DNA from: Nitrosopumilus sp.
GTDB lineage: Archaea > Thermoproteota > Nitrososphaeria > Nitrososphaerales > Nitrosopumilaceae
NCBI GenBank assembly: GCA_963662625.1
Contig: OY759726.1
Span: forward strand, 1,696,001 to 1,760,000
Direction: 5' to 3'
DNA: 64,000 nucleotides
How positions within the stretch are numbered: position 1 is the first letter of the stretch; each line of letters opens with the position of its first letter. The translations under genes and the position numbers were made by a program. Below the pieces are notes generated by a model. That model ran no database searches, was not told the origin of the DNA, and worked only from the letters and a program-made list of their open reading frames with translations. This document shows, piece by piece, positions 30,148-39,785 of this stretch.

Positions 30148-30529
30148 ACCCTATCAGGAACCCTCCCAGGCCGTGGTTTGCCGCCTCGTGGTGCGACATG
30201 ACGCCCTTGTTGGTGGTGACCAGCAGCATCCCCCTGTCGTATGCGGGCAGGTACTGCTGCTCCCATGCCGTGTACTCCGTGTGCTTTACCTTGAACCGCG
30301 GGGATATGGCGCCGCACTTTGTGATCTTCGCGAGCAGCTGGATCTTGAACTTGCCTCCCCTCTTGTCGTCGACGTGCTCGAACTCGCCGATGTAGCCGTC
30401 CTTCTGAAGCGCCTTTAGCACCTCTATCCCGAGGTTAGACGTGGGAAGTATCACGCAGTCGGACTTTCTGCGCGTCTCGTTGTTGTACAGTGTGACGAAC
30501 AGGTTTGCTAGTACGTTTGAAGCCGGCAT
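30137..30529 (-). CDS. rps8: 30S ribosomal protein S8
   Basis: GYIGEFE, KCGAISPRF, TTNKGVMSH. Confidence 0.96.
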   Translation of the reverse strand: MPASNVLANLFVTLYNNETRRKSDCVILPTSNLGIEVLKALQKDGYIGEFEHVDDKRGGKFKIQLLAKITKCGAISPRFKVKHTEYTAWEQQYLPAYDRGMLLVTTNKGVMSHHEAANHGLGGFLIGYVY

Positions 30530-30535
30530 GTCCAC

Positions 30536-30715
30536 TCACATGTTCTTCCTGAACCCCAGGGACACCGCGACCTCCCTGAAGCACCGCCGGCACAGCATGA
30601 GGTCGTACTTTTGGATCACGGCGGTGTAGTCGCCGCACCTCTTGCACCACCTCGAGCCCCTGCCAAAGTCGTGTTTCTTCCTCCCGGTAAACTCGTATGA
30701 CCTGTCCTTCGCCAT
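30536..30715 (-). CDS. rps14: 30S ribosomal protein S14 (Zn type)
   Basis: Manual translation: GRGSRWCKRCG...YDLMLCRRCFRE, 59 aa. Confidence 0.95.
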   Translation of the reverse strand: MAKDRSYEFTGRKKHDFGRGSRWCKRCGDYTAVIQKYDLMLCRRCFREVAVSLGFRKNM

Positions 30716-31236
30716 TATGTCACAGTCACCCCAAACTCCCTGACTAGATAATCCTTTGCTTCCTGGCTCCCGATGATGTGGGACTTGCCCACCCTTGCCT
30801 TGTGCTTGCTCCTCTTCCTGATCCCGTAGCCTGGCCTGGACAGAGCCACGGAGATCCCCAGGCCCAGGATCCCGATCTGCGGATCGTACTTTACCCCGGG
30901 GATGTCGATGTGCTCGGCTATCCCGAACGAGTAGTTTCCGAACCCGTCAAACGACTTGGACCTCACCTGGTTCCCCTTCGCGTCCAGCAGCCTCTTGAGC
31001 AGGACCCTGGCGTCCTCGCCGCGGACCGTGACGGCGACGCCGATGGGCTCGCCCTTGCGGACGCCCCAGTCCCTCTGCGACTCCCTCGCCTCCCTCACGG
31101 CCGGCTTCCTGCCAGATATCTGCTCCAGCGCCTTCTTGGCGGTCTCGATCGCGTCGCCGGACCTGCCGACGCCCATGTTCAGGACGATCTTCTCGAGGGA
31201 GATCCTCTTCATCGTGGATTCTGTTTCCTGCGACAT
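30715..31236 (-). CDS. rpl5: 50S ribosomal protein L5
   Basis: KIVLNMGVG, FGIAEHIDIPGVKYDP. Confidence 0.96.
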   Translation of the reverse strand: MSQETESTMKRISLEKIVLNMGVGRSGDAIETAKKALEQISGRKPAVREARESQRDWGVRKGEPIGVAVTVRGEDARVLLKRLLDAKGNQVRSKSFDGFGNYSFGIAEHIDIPGVKYDPQIGILGLGISVALSRPGYGIRKRSKHKARVGKSHIIGSQEAKDYLVREFGVTVT

Positions 31237-31240
31237 CCTA

Positions 31241-31957
31241 TCACTTTATCCTGATTGCCGGCTCCTCCCTTCCGACCACTATGATTATGTCCGACGGGAT
31301 CTGTATCTTCCTCTCGCCGAGCGTAAGCACGACCCTCCTCGGGAGTATGAACGTGCCCTCCTCGATCGCCTCGATCTTGCCCACCTGCCCCGCGTTTATC
31401 CCGCGCGTTACCAGCGCCTGGCACCCGGCCTCGAGCCTTATCACCTCGATGATCTTCTGCCCCGGGACCTCGATCAGGCACGTGTCGCCGATGCTCACGT
31501 CCGCGTCCGATATGACCGAGCGGCCGTCGTGGAAGCCCACCTGGGTCCTCCCCCCGCCGATCGTGGTCTTGCTCCTCACCCTGACCATCTTTTTTGACTT
31601 TTCCCCGGCGTCGATCTTCAGTGGCTGGAGCAGCTTCCCGTTCCTCGGGACTAGCCTGTAGACGTCCTCGACGTTTTCCAGCTCGACTACGTCCATCAGC
31701 CCTATCGCGTGGTGGAGCGACTTGCGCACCACCCCGTCGACCTTGACCTTGCCCGAGTAGATCTGGGCCTTGGCCTCCCTCAGGGTCGTCACCACCTTCA
31801 GCATGTCCCTCAGGAACACGGCGGTGGGCACGGAGGCGGCTTTCCTGTGGGGGCCCGGCATCACCGTGATGGCGAACCTCTTGTCCTTCCTTGAAATGCC
31901 CCAGAACATGGGGGCCATCTGCCTCTTGAGCTTCTTGCTTCCGGAAATGCTACCCAT
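31241..31957 (-). CDS. rps4e: 30S ribosomal protein S4e
   Basis: LKRQMAP, PGPH, VKVDG, HDGR. Confidence 0.95.
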   Translation of the reverse strand: MGSISGSKKLKRQMAPMFWGISRKDKRFAITVMPGPHRKAASVPTAVFLRDMLKVVTTLREAKAQIYSGKVKVDGVVRKSLHHAIGLMDVVELENVEDVYRLVPRNGKLLQPLKIDAGEKSKKMVRVRSKTTIGGGRTQVGFHDGRSVISDADVSIGDTCLIEVPGQKIIEVIRLEAGCQALVTRGINAGQVGKIEAIEEGTFILPRRVVLTLGERKIQIPSDIIIVVGREEPAIRIK

Positions 31958-32507
31958 TGCTCTCACCCTCCCTCTTCTCTTCTTTTGAGTCTTTACCCGC
32001 GCCCTCTGGCTTTCCGCCTTCCGGCCCCTCTGCGGCCTCCGGCCCCTCTGCGGCCTCCGGCCCCTCTGCGGCCTCCGGCCCCTCTGCGGCCTCCGGCCCC
32101 TTCTCTTCTTTTTCTGATCCTGCGCGCCCTCCGGGCGCCTGCTTGGCCTTTGCCGGCTTGTCTTTGCCGCCTTCAAGCTTGGACGCCCTCCACTTGTCGT
32201 CTTGCAGGCTGGTAATCATGATGTTTGACGCGTGGATGAGCACGTCAAACTTCTCGCCCTTGCTCTTTTCCTTTTTTATGCCCTCTATCGCGACCATGCC
32301 CACCGATGTCATGATTTTGCTTATCTTGCCGTCGAGCCCCTTGTACTCCCCCCTGATAATCACTATCGAGTCCCCCTCGATCACCCTCGCGCTTCTCTTG
32401 CCGTACTTGCCGCGCAGGTCCTTTGAGAGCAGGCCCCTGAGCTGCTTGCTCTTGGTCTTCTGCGTGGCGCGGTAGATCATCTTGTTGCGCATCTTTGTCG
32501 GCTTCAT
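31950..32507 (-). CDS. rpl24: 50S ribosomal protein L24 with repeat-containing C-terminal tail
   Basis: LSKDLRGKYG, GDSIVIIRG (KOW), IHASNI. Confidence 0.93.
   Translation of the reverse strand: MKPTKMRNKMIYRATQKTKSKQLRGLLSKDLRGKYGKRSARVIEGDSIVIIRGEYKGLDGKISKIMTSVGMVAIEGIKKEKSKGEKFDVLIHASNIMITSLQDDKWRASKLEGGKDKPAKAKQAPGGRAGSEKEEKGPEAAEGPEAAEGPEAAEGPEAAEGPEGGKPEGAGKDSKEEKREGESNG
32020..32101. repeat. 18-bp tandem repeat x4.5 (GPEAAE)
   Basis: tccggcccctctgcggcc, perfect copies. Confidence 0.95.
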
Positions 32508-32508
32508 C

Positions 32509-32931
32509 TCATACCACCATCGATGCCAGGTTGGCCACCCTTGGCCATTTCTCCGAGGCCTCCGCGGCTACCGGCCCCTTGATGTCGGTCCCCTTGACCT
32601 CGCCTTCGGGGGTGATCAGGACTGCCGCGTTGTCTTCAAAGCACACCCGGACGCCGTTCAGCCTGCGCACTGCGTATTTCTGCCTGATTATCACGGCGCC
32701 GTATACCTGCTTTCTCAGCTCTGCGGGGCCCTTTTTTACGACCACGTTGCAAAAATCCCCCACGGCGGCGGCCGGGAGCCTGGAGACCCTCGTCTTGTGC
32801 TTTTGCACGTTTATCACCTCCAGGATCTTCGCGCCGGTGTTGTCGGCGCAGGTGATCTCGGCCCCCACGGGGATCGATCTGGTCACGTACGGGCGGAACT
32901 CGGCCACTCCCTTCCCTGCCTGCTTTGCCAT
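32509..32931 (-). CDS. rpl14: 50S ribosomal protein L14
   Basis: CADNTGAK, FEDNAAV. Confidence 0.96.
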   Translation of the reverse strand: MAKQAGKGVAEFRPYVTRSIPVGAEITCADNTGAKILEVINVQKHKTRVSRLPAAAVGDFCNVVVKKGPAELRKQVYGAVIIRQKYAVRRLNGVRVCFEDNAAVLITPEGEVKGTDIKGPVAAEASEKWPRVANLASMVV

Positions 32932-33254
32932 TACTTTCTTACCTCCACCACCACGTATGACACCGCCTTTGAGATGGGCCGGCACTCTGCCGTGCGGACG
33001 CGGTCGTCCACCTCGACGTTCATGCATTCGGGAACGTGCGCGTGTATGGTGTTCTTGCTCCTTGCGTACCTCTTGAACTTGTTAAAGTACACCGGCGCCT
33101 CCTTCTGCAGTGTTATCGTCTGCTTTGCCTTGTTGCTGGTCACCTTGCCGTCGAACAGCTTGCCCCGTATCGGCATCCTGCCGTGGAACGGGCAGTGGAC
33201 GTCACCGCACTCGCGCTCCGGCGCCTTTACGTTCAAACCGATGTTCACGGTCAT
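32931..33254 (-). CDS. rps17: 30S ribosomal protein S17
   Basis: CPFHG, ECRPISK. Confidence 0.96.
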   Translation of the reverse strand: MTVNIGLNVKAPERECGDVHCPFHGRMPIRGKLFDGKVTSNKAKQTITLQKEAPVYFNKFKRYARSKNTIHAHVPECMNVEVDDRVRTAECRPISKAVSYVVVEVRK

Positions 33255-33517
33255 GCCTTGCCCCTGAGCCTGTCAAACGGCCTCTTTGCTATCTTGGCGC
33301 CGGGAACCGTGACGCGCTCCGATCCGGTGAAAAACTCCCACGTGCTGGTGTCCTTTGGCACCGATTTTGTCCCTTTGGCGGTATCTATCCTCAGCATTGA
33401 TTTTGTTTCGTCTATCACAGTCCCATTTAATCCTATGACATGCTGGTTGGTCGAGTCAACCACCCTGGCATGCAACCCGATCAGCTCGTGTAGTGCGATG
33501 TTTCCTGCCGTGATCAT
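33251..33517 (-). CDS. rnp1: RNase P subunit p29
   Basis: HELIGL...GLNGTVIDETK; canonical position between L29 and S17. Confidence 0.93.
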   Translation of the reverse strand: MITAGNIALHELIGLHARVVDSTNQHVIGLNGTVIDETKSMLRIDTAKGTKSVPKDTSTWEFFTGSERVTVPGAKIAKRPFDRLRGKA

Positions 33518-33717
33518 TCCTTCTTCATCTCGTTGAGCCTGGTCATCATCCTTGCGATGTCGCGCCTTATCGCCTTTATCTTCCCGCTCTCCTTCTTCAG
33601 CGTTCCCTGGGAGCCGTCCACCCTGAGCTTTGCGAGTTCAGTCCTGGTTTCCTGGATCCTTTCCCTGAGGTCCTTCTCGTTGAATGCCCTGATCGTCTTC
33701 ATGCTGATCCGGGTCAT
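33514..33717 (-). CDS. rpl29: 50S ribosomal protein L29
   Basis: [10 protein letters not shown]; position in cluster. Confidence 0.93.
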   Translation of the reverse strand: MTRISMKTIRAFNEKDLRERIQETRTELAKLRVDGSQGTLKKESGKIKAIRRDIARMMTRLNEMKKE

Positions 33718-34753
33718 TGCTTTGACTCCTCCGCGCCTTCATGCGTCTCGTTTTTCTTCATCTTTTCCGCTTCCAGTGCGTTCTGCTCGGATTCCACCCC
33801 GGCAACGCGCTCGGCGTCTTCTTCATTACCTGAACCGCCATCGGACTTGGGCGCCTCCCCGCCATCGGACTTGGGCGCCTCCCCGCCATCGGACTTGGGC
33901 GCCTCCCCGCCATCGGACTTGGGCGCCTCCCCGCCATCGGACTTGGGCGCCTCCCCGCCATCGGACTTGGGCGCCTCCCCGCCATCGGACTTGGGCGCCT
34001 CCCCGCCATCGGACTTGGGCGCCTCCCCGCCATCGGACTTGGGCGCCTCCCCGCCATCGGACTTGGGCGCCTCCCCGCCATCGGACTTGGGCGCCTCCCC
34101 GCCATCGGACTTGGGCGCCTCCCCGCCCTCCTGTCCCTCCTTGGCGCCGGCCTTTTGCTTCTCCACCGCCTTTAGCTCGAATTCGGGCACGAACTTTTCC
34201 TTCTTGGCAATCCTTATCCTTATCCCGATCAGTCCCATCGGCGTCTGCACGTGCGCTATGTCCTCGTCGACGTCGTCTCGGCGTGGTGCCCCGCCCTCGG
34301 CAGGATCCCCGCGGTGTGCTTTTCAAACGCCGAGCGGTCGCCCCTGAGCTTCCCCGATATGGTGATCTGGACGCCCATCGCCCCGCTGTCCATGACCTGC
34401 TTCAGCGTCCACATGGTGGCCCTCCTGAACGCGGTCCCGCGCTCGATGTGGGACGCCATCCTGTTGCACATGACGCTCGGCGACAGCTCCGGCTTGCCGA
34501 CCTCGTTTACCATCACCTGGGGGTTCTTCAGCCCAAAGTCAGACGCGAGCTTGTCAGTCAGATCCCTTATGCCTGCCCCCTTCCTCCCGATCACTATCCC
34601 GGGCCTCGTGACGTACAGCGCCACCTTCGTCCCCATCGGGGTCTTTGATATCTCGGCGTGCGAGAACCCCGCGTCCTTGATGGCCTGCCCCAGGTAGTCC
34701 TTGAGCAGCATCATGTTGTAGTTGTCCCTGATGACGTTCTTGACCGACGACAT
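33714..34753 (-). CDS. rps3: 30S ribosomal protein S3 (apparent 1-nt deletion at ~34272) with long repeat tail
   Basis: KH domain [10 protein letters not shown] and ISGKLRG in one frame; [21 protein letters not shown] continues in another frame. Confidence 0.93.
33835..34127. repeat. 24-bp tandem repeat x12 (GGEAPKSD)
   Basis: ccgccatcggacttgggcgcctcc, 12 perfect copies with no spacers. Confidence 0.97.
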
Positions 34754-34754
34754 G

Positions 34755-35213
34755 CTATACCTCCCGGGCCACCAGTTCCAGGTGCGTCCGCACGTTGTTC
34801 TTGGGCGACGACCTTCCCATCGCCCTCGGGATGAACCTCTTCACCAGGACTCCCTTGTGCACCGTCGCGTTCACTATCCTCAGCCTGTCGAGGTCCATGC
34901 CCTTGTACTCCGCGTTCGATTCCAGGTTGTCCAGGGCCTTGATGAACTCGGCCGCGGTCTTCTGCGGGTACCTCCCGGCCATCATGCCGGGATCCGACTT
35001 GTGGCCCACCTGCTTCTTGTACCTGCCAAACGCGATGGCCCTCTCCCCGTTGATCACGGCCTGGAGGTAGTCCCTGGCCTTCTCTATCGAGAGCCCCTTT
35101 ATCGCGACCGCCACCTCCCGCGCGTGCTTGTGCGACATGTCGATCTCCCTTATCGAGGCGCGGGCGTGCCTCGTCGGGTCGTAGTCCTGATAAGCGTAGC
35201 CGAACCTCCCCAT
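34755..35213 (-). CDS. rpl22: 50S ribosomal protein L22
   Basis: GRYPQK, PRAMGR. Confidence 0.96.
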   Translation of the reverse strand: MGRFGYAYQDYDPTRHARASIREIDMSHKHAREVAVAIKGLSIEKARDYLQAVINGERAIAFGRYKKQVGHKSDPGMMAGRYPQKTAAEFIKALDNLESNAEYKGMDLDRLRIVNATVHKGVLVKRFIPRAMGRSSPKNNVRTHLELVAREV

Positions 35214-35218
35214 ATCGA

Positions 35219-35614
35219 TCACTTTAGCGGCACGTAGAGGCTGGATCTTGATGCTCCCACGCCGGGCGCGCCGTGCGAAACCCTCTTGTTTGTTATGACG
35301 TATTCCCCCAGGTAGTGCCCGATCATCTCGGCCCTGATCTCGACTGGGACGAACTCCTTGCCGGAGAAGACGTTTACGGTAACCCCCACCATGTACGGCA
35401 GGACGATGAGATCCCTGAGGTGGGTCTTGATCGGGTTCTTCAGCTTGCCAGCCTTGGCCGCCTTTATCTCCTCGATGAGCTTCCTCTTGCCGTCGGTGAT
35501 CCCGCGGGTCAGGGACCTCCGCTGCCTCGCGTTGAACAGCTCAAAGAGCCTTTCCAGCGAGATCTTCTCCAGATCCTCCATAGGGATCCCTCTGTACACG
35601 AATTCCCTAACCAA
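35219..35614 (-). CDS. rps19: 30S ribosomal protein S19
   Basis: KTHLRD, MIGHYLGE. Confidence 0.96.
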   Translation of the reverse strand: MVREFVYRGIPMEDLEKISLERLFELFNARQRRSLTRGITDGKRKLIEEIKAAKAGKLKNPIKTHLRDLIVLPYMVGVTVNVFSGKEFVPVEIRAEMIGHYLGEYVITNKRVSHGAPGVGASRSSLYVPLK

Positions 35615-35655
35615 TCCTGACCACCATTGCCTGTATTGGGGTTTTGCGGTCCATA

Positions 35656-35922
35656 TTATAGCATTCCTATCTTGGTCGCCAGGTCCCGCGCCTTTTCGTC
35701 CGTCTCAAACCGCACGAACGCCTTCTTGCCGTAGATCGTCCTCGCGGTGTTGACGCTGACCGCCTTCTGGTGGTAGAGCGTGTGTATCGCCTCGGCGATC
35801 TCCGGCTTGCTTGCGGACGTGTGCACGATGAAGCAGATCTTGTTCTCGTCCTCCACCATCGCGAACGTCTTCTCGGTGATGTGCGGTTTCAGGATTATCC
35901 TGTTTGCCTGGCCCACGTTCAC
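35656..35922 (-). CDS. rpl23: 50S ribosomal protein L23
   Basis: PHITEK, VNT...GKKAFV. Confidence 0.95.
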   Translation of the reverse strand: MNVGQANRIILKPHITEKTFAMVEDENKICFIVHTSASKPEIAEAIHTLYHQKAVSVNTARTIYGKKAFVRFETDEKARDLATKIGML

Positions 35923-36734
35923 TTTGTCTTCACCATTACCTCCAGGTGCGTGGACCTGATCTTGGCAATCTCGCCGATCGCCCCCCTCGAATACACCGTC
36001 AGCCGTATCGGATCGGATCCCGGCGCCAGGTCCAGCACGCTGAGGCTCCTTGCAGACGTGGCCTCGACCCCGGGGAACGACCCGCATGCCTTCCTCAGCT
36101 CCGCCGGGTCCCTAGCGACGAACAGGACGCTCTTTCCCACCTTCTTGCTCCTGCCCCTCAGGGACGACTTGCCCGTCCTGGGCTTCCGGGACTCCAGCCT
36201 CCTGACGTCGCCCGCCAGGCTGAGCGACTCCAGGATCCTTTCCATGTCGGAGGCCCTGGACACGGCCTCGATGTCGTCGGAGACCACCAGCGGGAACTCC
36301 GCTATCCCGCCGGTCCTGTGCCCCCTGGCCTCGACCAGGTCCCTCGACGCGGTGGCGGCTATGGCAGAGCACAGCGCCAGCTTGTTCTCCTTCTTGTTTA
36401 GCCTCTTGCGGATCACCTTGCCCACTATCGGCGGGTGGGCCTGCCTGCCGCCCCTCACGGATGCGACGCCGCCTGCCTGGCCCTGCCTTCCGCCCCCGCC
36501 GCCGCGCATCTTGGCGATGCGTGACCGGTGCTGGCCGGTGGGCGGGTCGTTTGACCTCGCCACCACGTCCATGCCGGCGGTCGGGTGCCTGCCCTGGGGC
36601 TGGAACCTGTGCGAGTTCAGGTTGGTGAACGCCTTGTGTATCAGGTCCCTCCTGAACGGCGTCGAGAACACGGGCGGCAGCTCGATCTCCCCATCCCGCT
36701 CCCCCGCGGTGGTGAGCGTCTGGACCTTCGTCAT
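35919..36734 (-). CDS. rpl4: 50S ribosomal protein L4
   Basis: GGRQAHPP, NKKE, LAPG. Confidence 0.95.
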   Translation of the reverse strand: MTKVQTLTTAGERDGEIELPPVFSTPFRRDLIHKAFTNLNSHRFQPQGRHPTAGMDVVARSNDPPTGQHRSRIAKMRGGGGGRQGQAGGVASVRGGRQAHPPIVGKVIRKRLNKKENKLALCSAIAATASRDLVEARGHRTGGIAEFPLVVSDDIEAVSRASDMERILESLSLAGDVRRLESRKPRTGKSSLRGRSKKVGKSVLFVARDPAELRKACGSFPGVEATSARSLSVLDLAPGSDPIRLTVYSRGAIGEIAKIRSTHLEVMVKTK

Positions 36735-37723
36735 ACGACCACCTCCAGGATGTTGGGCTTCGATACCCTTGCCGGGACGTTCCTGACCTGGCTCCGCAGC
36801 TTGATGAGCCTCCTGTACGTGCCGGGCACCGAGCCCTTGAGGACCACAAAGTCTCCCTTGACCAGCCCGAAGTGCTTGTACCCGCCGTCGGGGTTTATCT
36901 TGATCTTGCCGTCCTCGGTGTTTCCGATTATCATGATCCGCTTGTCGTACTCTGTCCTCTGGTGGAACCCCATCTGCCCCGCCCTGGGGACCGTGTACAT
37001 GACGTACTGCGGGGATATCGGGCCCAGCGAGCCGAGCTCCCTCACCGTCTTTCTCGACTTGTGCTGCTTCTTCTTCGCGCCGTACCTCTTGATGACGCCC
37101 TGCCACCCCTTGCCCTTGGTGATGGCCGCGACGTCCACGCTAGCGCCGGTCTCGAATATCTGGTCGACCCTTATCTCCTTGCCGAGCAGGTCCCTGACGT
37201 GAGCGAACTGCTTCCGCACGTCCCCGCCGCTGACCATCGCCTCGAAGACGTACGGCTTCTTCTGCTCCAGCCCGGCCGCCCGCGGCGACACCGCTATGAT
37301 GGCGTAGACCTCCACGATCCTGGACAGCGAGGCCTCCGCTGCCTCCAGGGCGCCGTCCCTGTTCTTCAGCGTGATCTCCTTCGAGATGCTCTTCGGCACG
37401 TCGTCGGCATAGACGTCAAACTCCGCGTGCCTGCCGCCCTGGTTCTTGGAGTACCCCCTGACTCCCAGCACCAGCACCGGCGGGGTCGCGAGCACCGTTC
37501 CCAGGCTCACCAGCTGCTTTCCGGCGTTCGGGGTCTTGTCCCGGTCGTCTATGCTGACCACCTGGACGCACCCGGCCTTGAACCCGCAGTGCGCCAGTAT
37601 CCTAGGCTCGTCGCCGCCGGCTTCGGGCCATGCCCGGATCCTCGCCTCCATGCTCTTGGCGCGCCCCCTCGGCAGGTATGCCAGGCTCCCCCTCCGCGGC
37701 TGGCCGTGCTTTCTGTGTCCCAT
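36731..37723 (-). CDS. rpl3: 50S ribosomal protein L3
   Basis: PRRGSL, TKGKGWQG, GQMGFHQRTE. Confidence 0.97.
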   Translation of the reverse strand: MGHRKHGQPRRGSLAYLPRGRAKSMEARIRAWPEAGGDEPRILAHCGFKAGCVQVVSIDDRDKTPNAGKQLVSLGTVLATPPVLVLGVRGYSKNQGGRHAEFDVYADDVPKSISKEITLKNRDGALEAAEASLSRIVEVYAIIAVSPRAAGLEQKKPYVFEAMVSGGDVRKQFAHVRDLLGKEIRVDQIFETGASVDVAAITKGKGWQGVIKRYGAKKKQHKSRKTVRELGSLGPISPQYVMYTVPRAGQMGFHQRTEYDKRIMIIGNTEDGKIKINPDGGYKHFGLVKGDFVVLKGSVPGTYRRLIKLRSQVRNVPARVSKPNILEVVV

Positions 37724-37817
37724 CGGTAGTTCGGAATCCCTGCACTCCGCCTAATAAACCATGTGAGATGTCGTTAACCGCCGTTTTTTTACAGGTTAAC
37801 CGATGCTTTCTCCTGGG

Positions 37818-37934
37818 TCACGGCGCCAGCGCCCTGGACGCGGCGTCCCAGATCGTGATGGCCCCGATCACCGCGCACGCGCCGCCCACCCCCATCGCCA
37901 GCAGCAGGAAGTTCCTCCTTTCGGGCATGCTCAT
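37818..37934 (-). CDS. 38-aa putative membrane micropeptide
   Basis: MSMPERRNFLLLAMGVGGACAVIGAITIWDAASRALAP; ATGA overlap with the SPOUT stop codon. Confidence 0.5.
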   Translation of the reverse strand: MSMPERRNFLLLAMGVGGACAVIGAITIWDAASRALAP

Positions 37935-38752
37935 GGTGTGCGGCGGCCCGTGCTATATGCATTGATGACCGACAGCGTTCCCAGCAGCGCCTCCTCCAGC
38001 CTGACGGTCTCCGTGGCCTGCCCCGGGAAGAAGTTCAGCGTCCTCGCGTTCTGGAGCTTCCTCATCCCGCTGCCGAGGATCTCGTGCACGCCCTTGTCGG
38101 GCGACCCGAACGCCGCCAGGACCGGCCCCCCCTGGGCGCACCTCTCGACGTCATCCCCGGTCACGTTCCTGCCCTTCCTTGACGTGAGGATCGCGCTCCC
38201 CTCCCACTCTGCCAGCAGCGAGTGCAGGCTTGCCCTCTCCCTGACGGAGTAGCCCCAGTACCTCCCCGCCTCGGACTTTGGGATCTCCTTGATCGAGAGC
38301 CCCGGGTAGCCCTCCCTGAACCTTACCGTGACGCGCCTTCCGACCTGCTCCCTGCCAAAGTACGGCATGAGCCGGTTGACGCCGACGTCGACGAAGCGCC
38401 TGCCCTTGACGCTGACCACTATCCCGTCCCTGGCGTCGCCCGCGGAGATCCTCTTCGGGTTGGCCGGGGTGACGTGGCTCGGGATCTTCAGCGGGTGTAG
38501 CACCCCGGCAAACTTCAGGTCGTTCATCCTCGGGAACAGCCTCTTCCGGAGGAACTGGGGCGTCTCCAGGTACCTCAGGACGGTGGCGAGGAGGCTCCCG
38601 TCCTCCCGGCTGCCGCCCTCCCTGTAAACGTAGATCGTCTCGACCATGAATATGGCGCAGGCCCTCGCCAGCACGGAGACCTTCCGGGTCTTGTCCATCT
38701 TCGTCGCCTCGTCGGAAAGCGACGAGTCCGGTATGGCCACCGACAGCCTCAA
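37931..38752 (-). CDS. SPOUT-family RNA methyltransferase (DUF171/MTH1-like)
   Basis: SVAIPDS, YLETPQFLRK, YWGY, PGQATETVRLEEA. Confidence 0.92.
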   Translation of the reverse strand: MRLSVAIPDSSLSDEATKMDKTRKVSVLARACAIFMVETIYVYREGGSREDGSLLATVLRYLETPQFLRKRLFPRMNDLKFAGVLHPLKIPSHVTPANPKRISAGDARDGIVVSVKGRRFVDVGVNRLMPYFGREQVGRRVTVRFREGYPGLSIKEIPKSEAGRYWGYSVRERASLHSLLAEWEGSAILTSRKGRNVTGDDVERCAQGGPVLAAFGSPDKGVHEILGSGMRKLQNARTLNFFPGQATETVRLEEALLGTLSVINAYSTGRRTP

Positions 38753-38783
38753 CGCTCACGCGACCCGCCGGAACCGGAAGCGG

Positions 38784-39521
38784 TCATTTGCCGTCCTGGG
38801 GATACTTTTCCTTGGCGCTTCCCGCGTAGCCTGCGACCTGCCCAGTCGAGGCCGTCTCGTAGGAGCCCGTCTCCGTCCTGATCTGCGCCATCCTTATGTG
38901 GTCAGTGCCTTCCTTGTCCTCGCTGGCTATGTAGATCCCCGCCACCGCCATCGCGGCGGCGTCGTCAAGCGACATGTCGTCCCTGTAGTTCTTTTCCAGG
39001 AATTCCGTCACGCGGTCGGAGCCGGAGCCTATGGCGATCGCGTCGTAGGCGATGTACGTGCCGCTGGGATCGGTCAGGTACAGCTCCGGGGCGCCGTTCG
39101 TGACGCCGCCCAGGATCAGCGCGACCCCGAACGGCCTCACCCCGGCGTACTGCGTGTACTGCTGGCACTGGTCGGCCAGGTGCTTGGCGATGGTCTCCAC
39201 GTCGACTGGCTCGTCGTAGATCATCCTGTTGCTCTGCGAGAAGAACCTCGCGTTGTCCACCTGGCTTCTCGCGTCCGGGATGTACCCGGCAGCCGCCACG
39301 CCCACGTGGTCGTCCACCTGGAATATCTTCTGGACGTTGTCCGATATCTGCAGCTTCTTGAGCTTCTCCTCCACCGCGATTATCACGCCTTCCTTGCACT
39401 TCAGGCCTATGGTTATGGTGCCCCTCCTCACGGTCTCTATGGCGTACTCCACCTGGTACAGCCTGCCGTCAGGCGAGAATACGGTGATGGCCCTGTCGTA
39501 GCCCTGTTGTGCCGGAAGCAT
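38784..39521 (-). CDS. psmA: Proteasome subunit alpha
   Basis: YDRAITVFSPDGRLYQVEYA. Confidence 0.97.
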   Translation of the reverse strand: MLPAQQGYDRAITVFSPDGRLYQVEYAIETVRRGTITIGLKCKEGVIIAVEEKLKKLQISDNVQKIFQVDDHVGVAAAGYIPDARSQVDNARFFSQSNRMIYDEPVDVETIAKHLADQCQQYTQYAGVRPFGVALILGGVTNGAPELYLTDPSGTYIAYDAIAIGSGSDRVTEFLEKNYRDDMSLDDAAAMAVAGIYIASEDKEGTDHIRMAQIRTETGSYETASTGQVAGYAGSAKEKYPQDGK

Positions 39522-39785
39522 ATGGGTCAGGTGCCTTAAAAGTTTAATATAAGCCTAAGGAACCGGGGCGCGGCGCGCCCCCCGGTGGCGCGGGTTGCCG
39601 GACGCATGCGTGGCTGGTACGGCCCGAACCCTGGCCGTTTCGGGACGCGCGCGGTTGCCGGGCGTGGCCCGCCATGACCGCAATGCCACGGAACGCCGGC
39701 CTGCCAGCGCTGCGCCCGCTTCCCGGCCGGCAGGGCGCGCCGCGGCCCCACGCCTTCCACATTACGCGTCCAAGCCGGCGCCGCC

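Noticed and set aside
33835-34127. Possible CRISPR array
   Set aside because: The 24-bp units are contiguous with no spacers, in frame within rps3, and no cas genes are present.
35615-35655. rpl2 missing between L23 and S19, and the cluster ends at L6
   Set aside because: As recalled, this is the usual gene order in Nitrosopumilaceae, so it is not novel.
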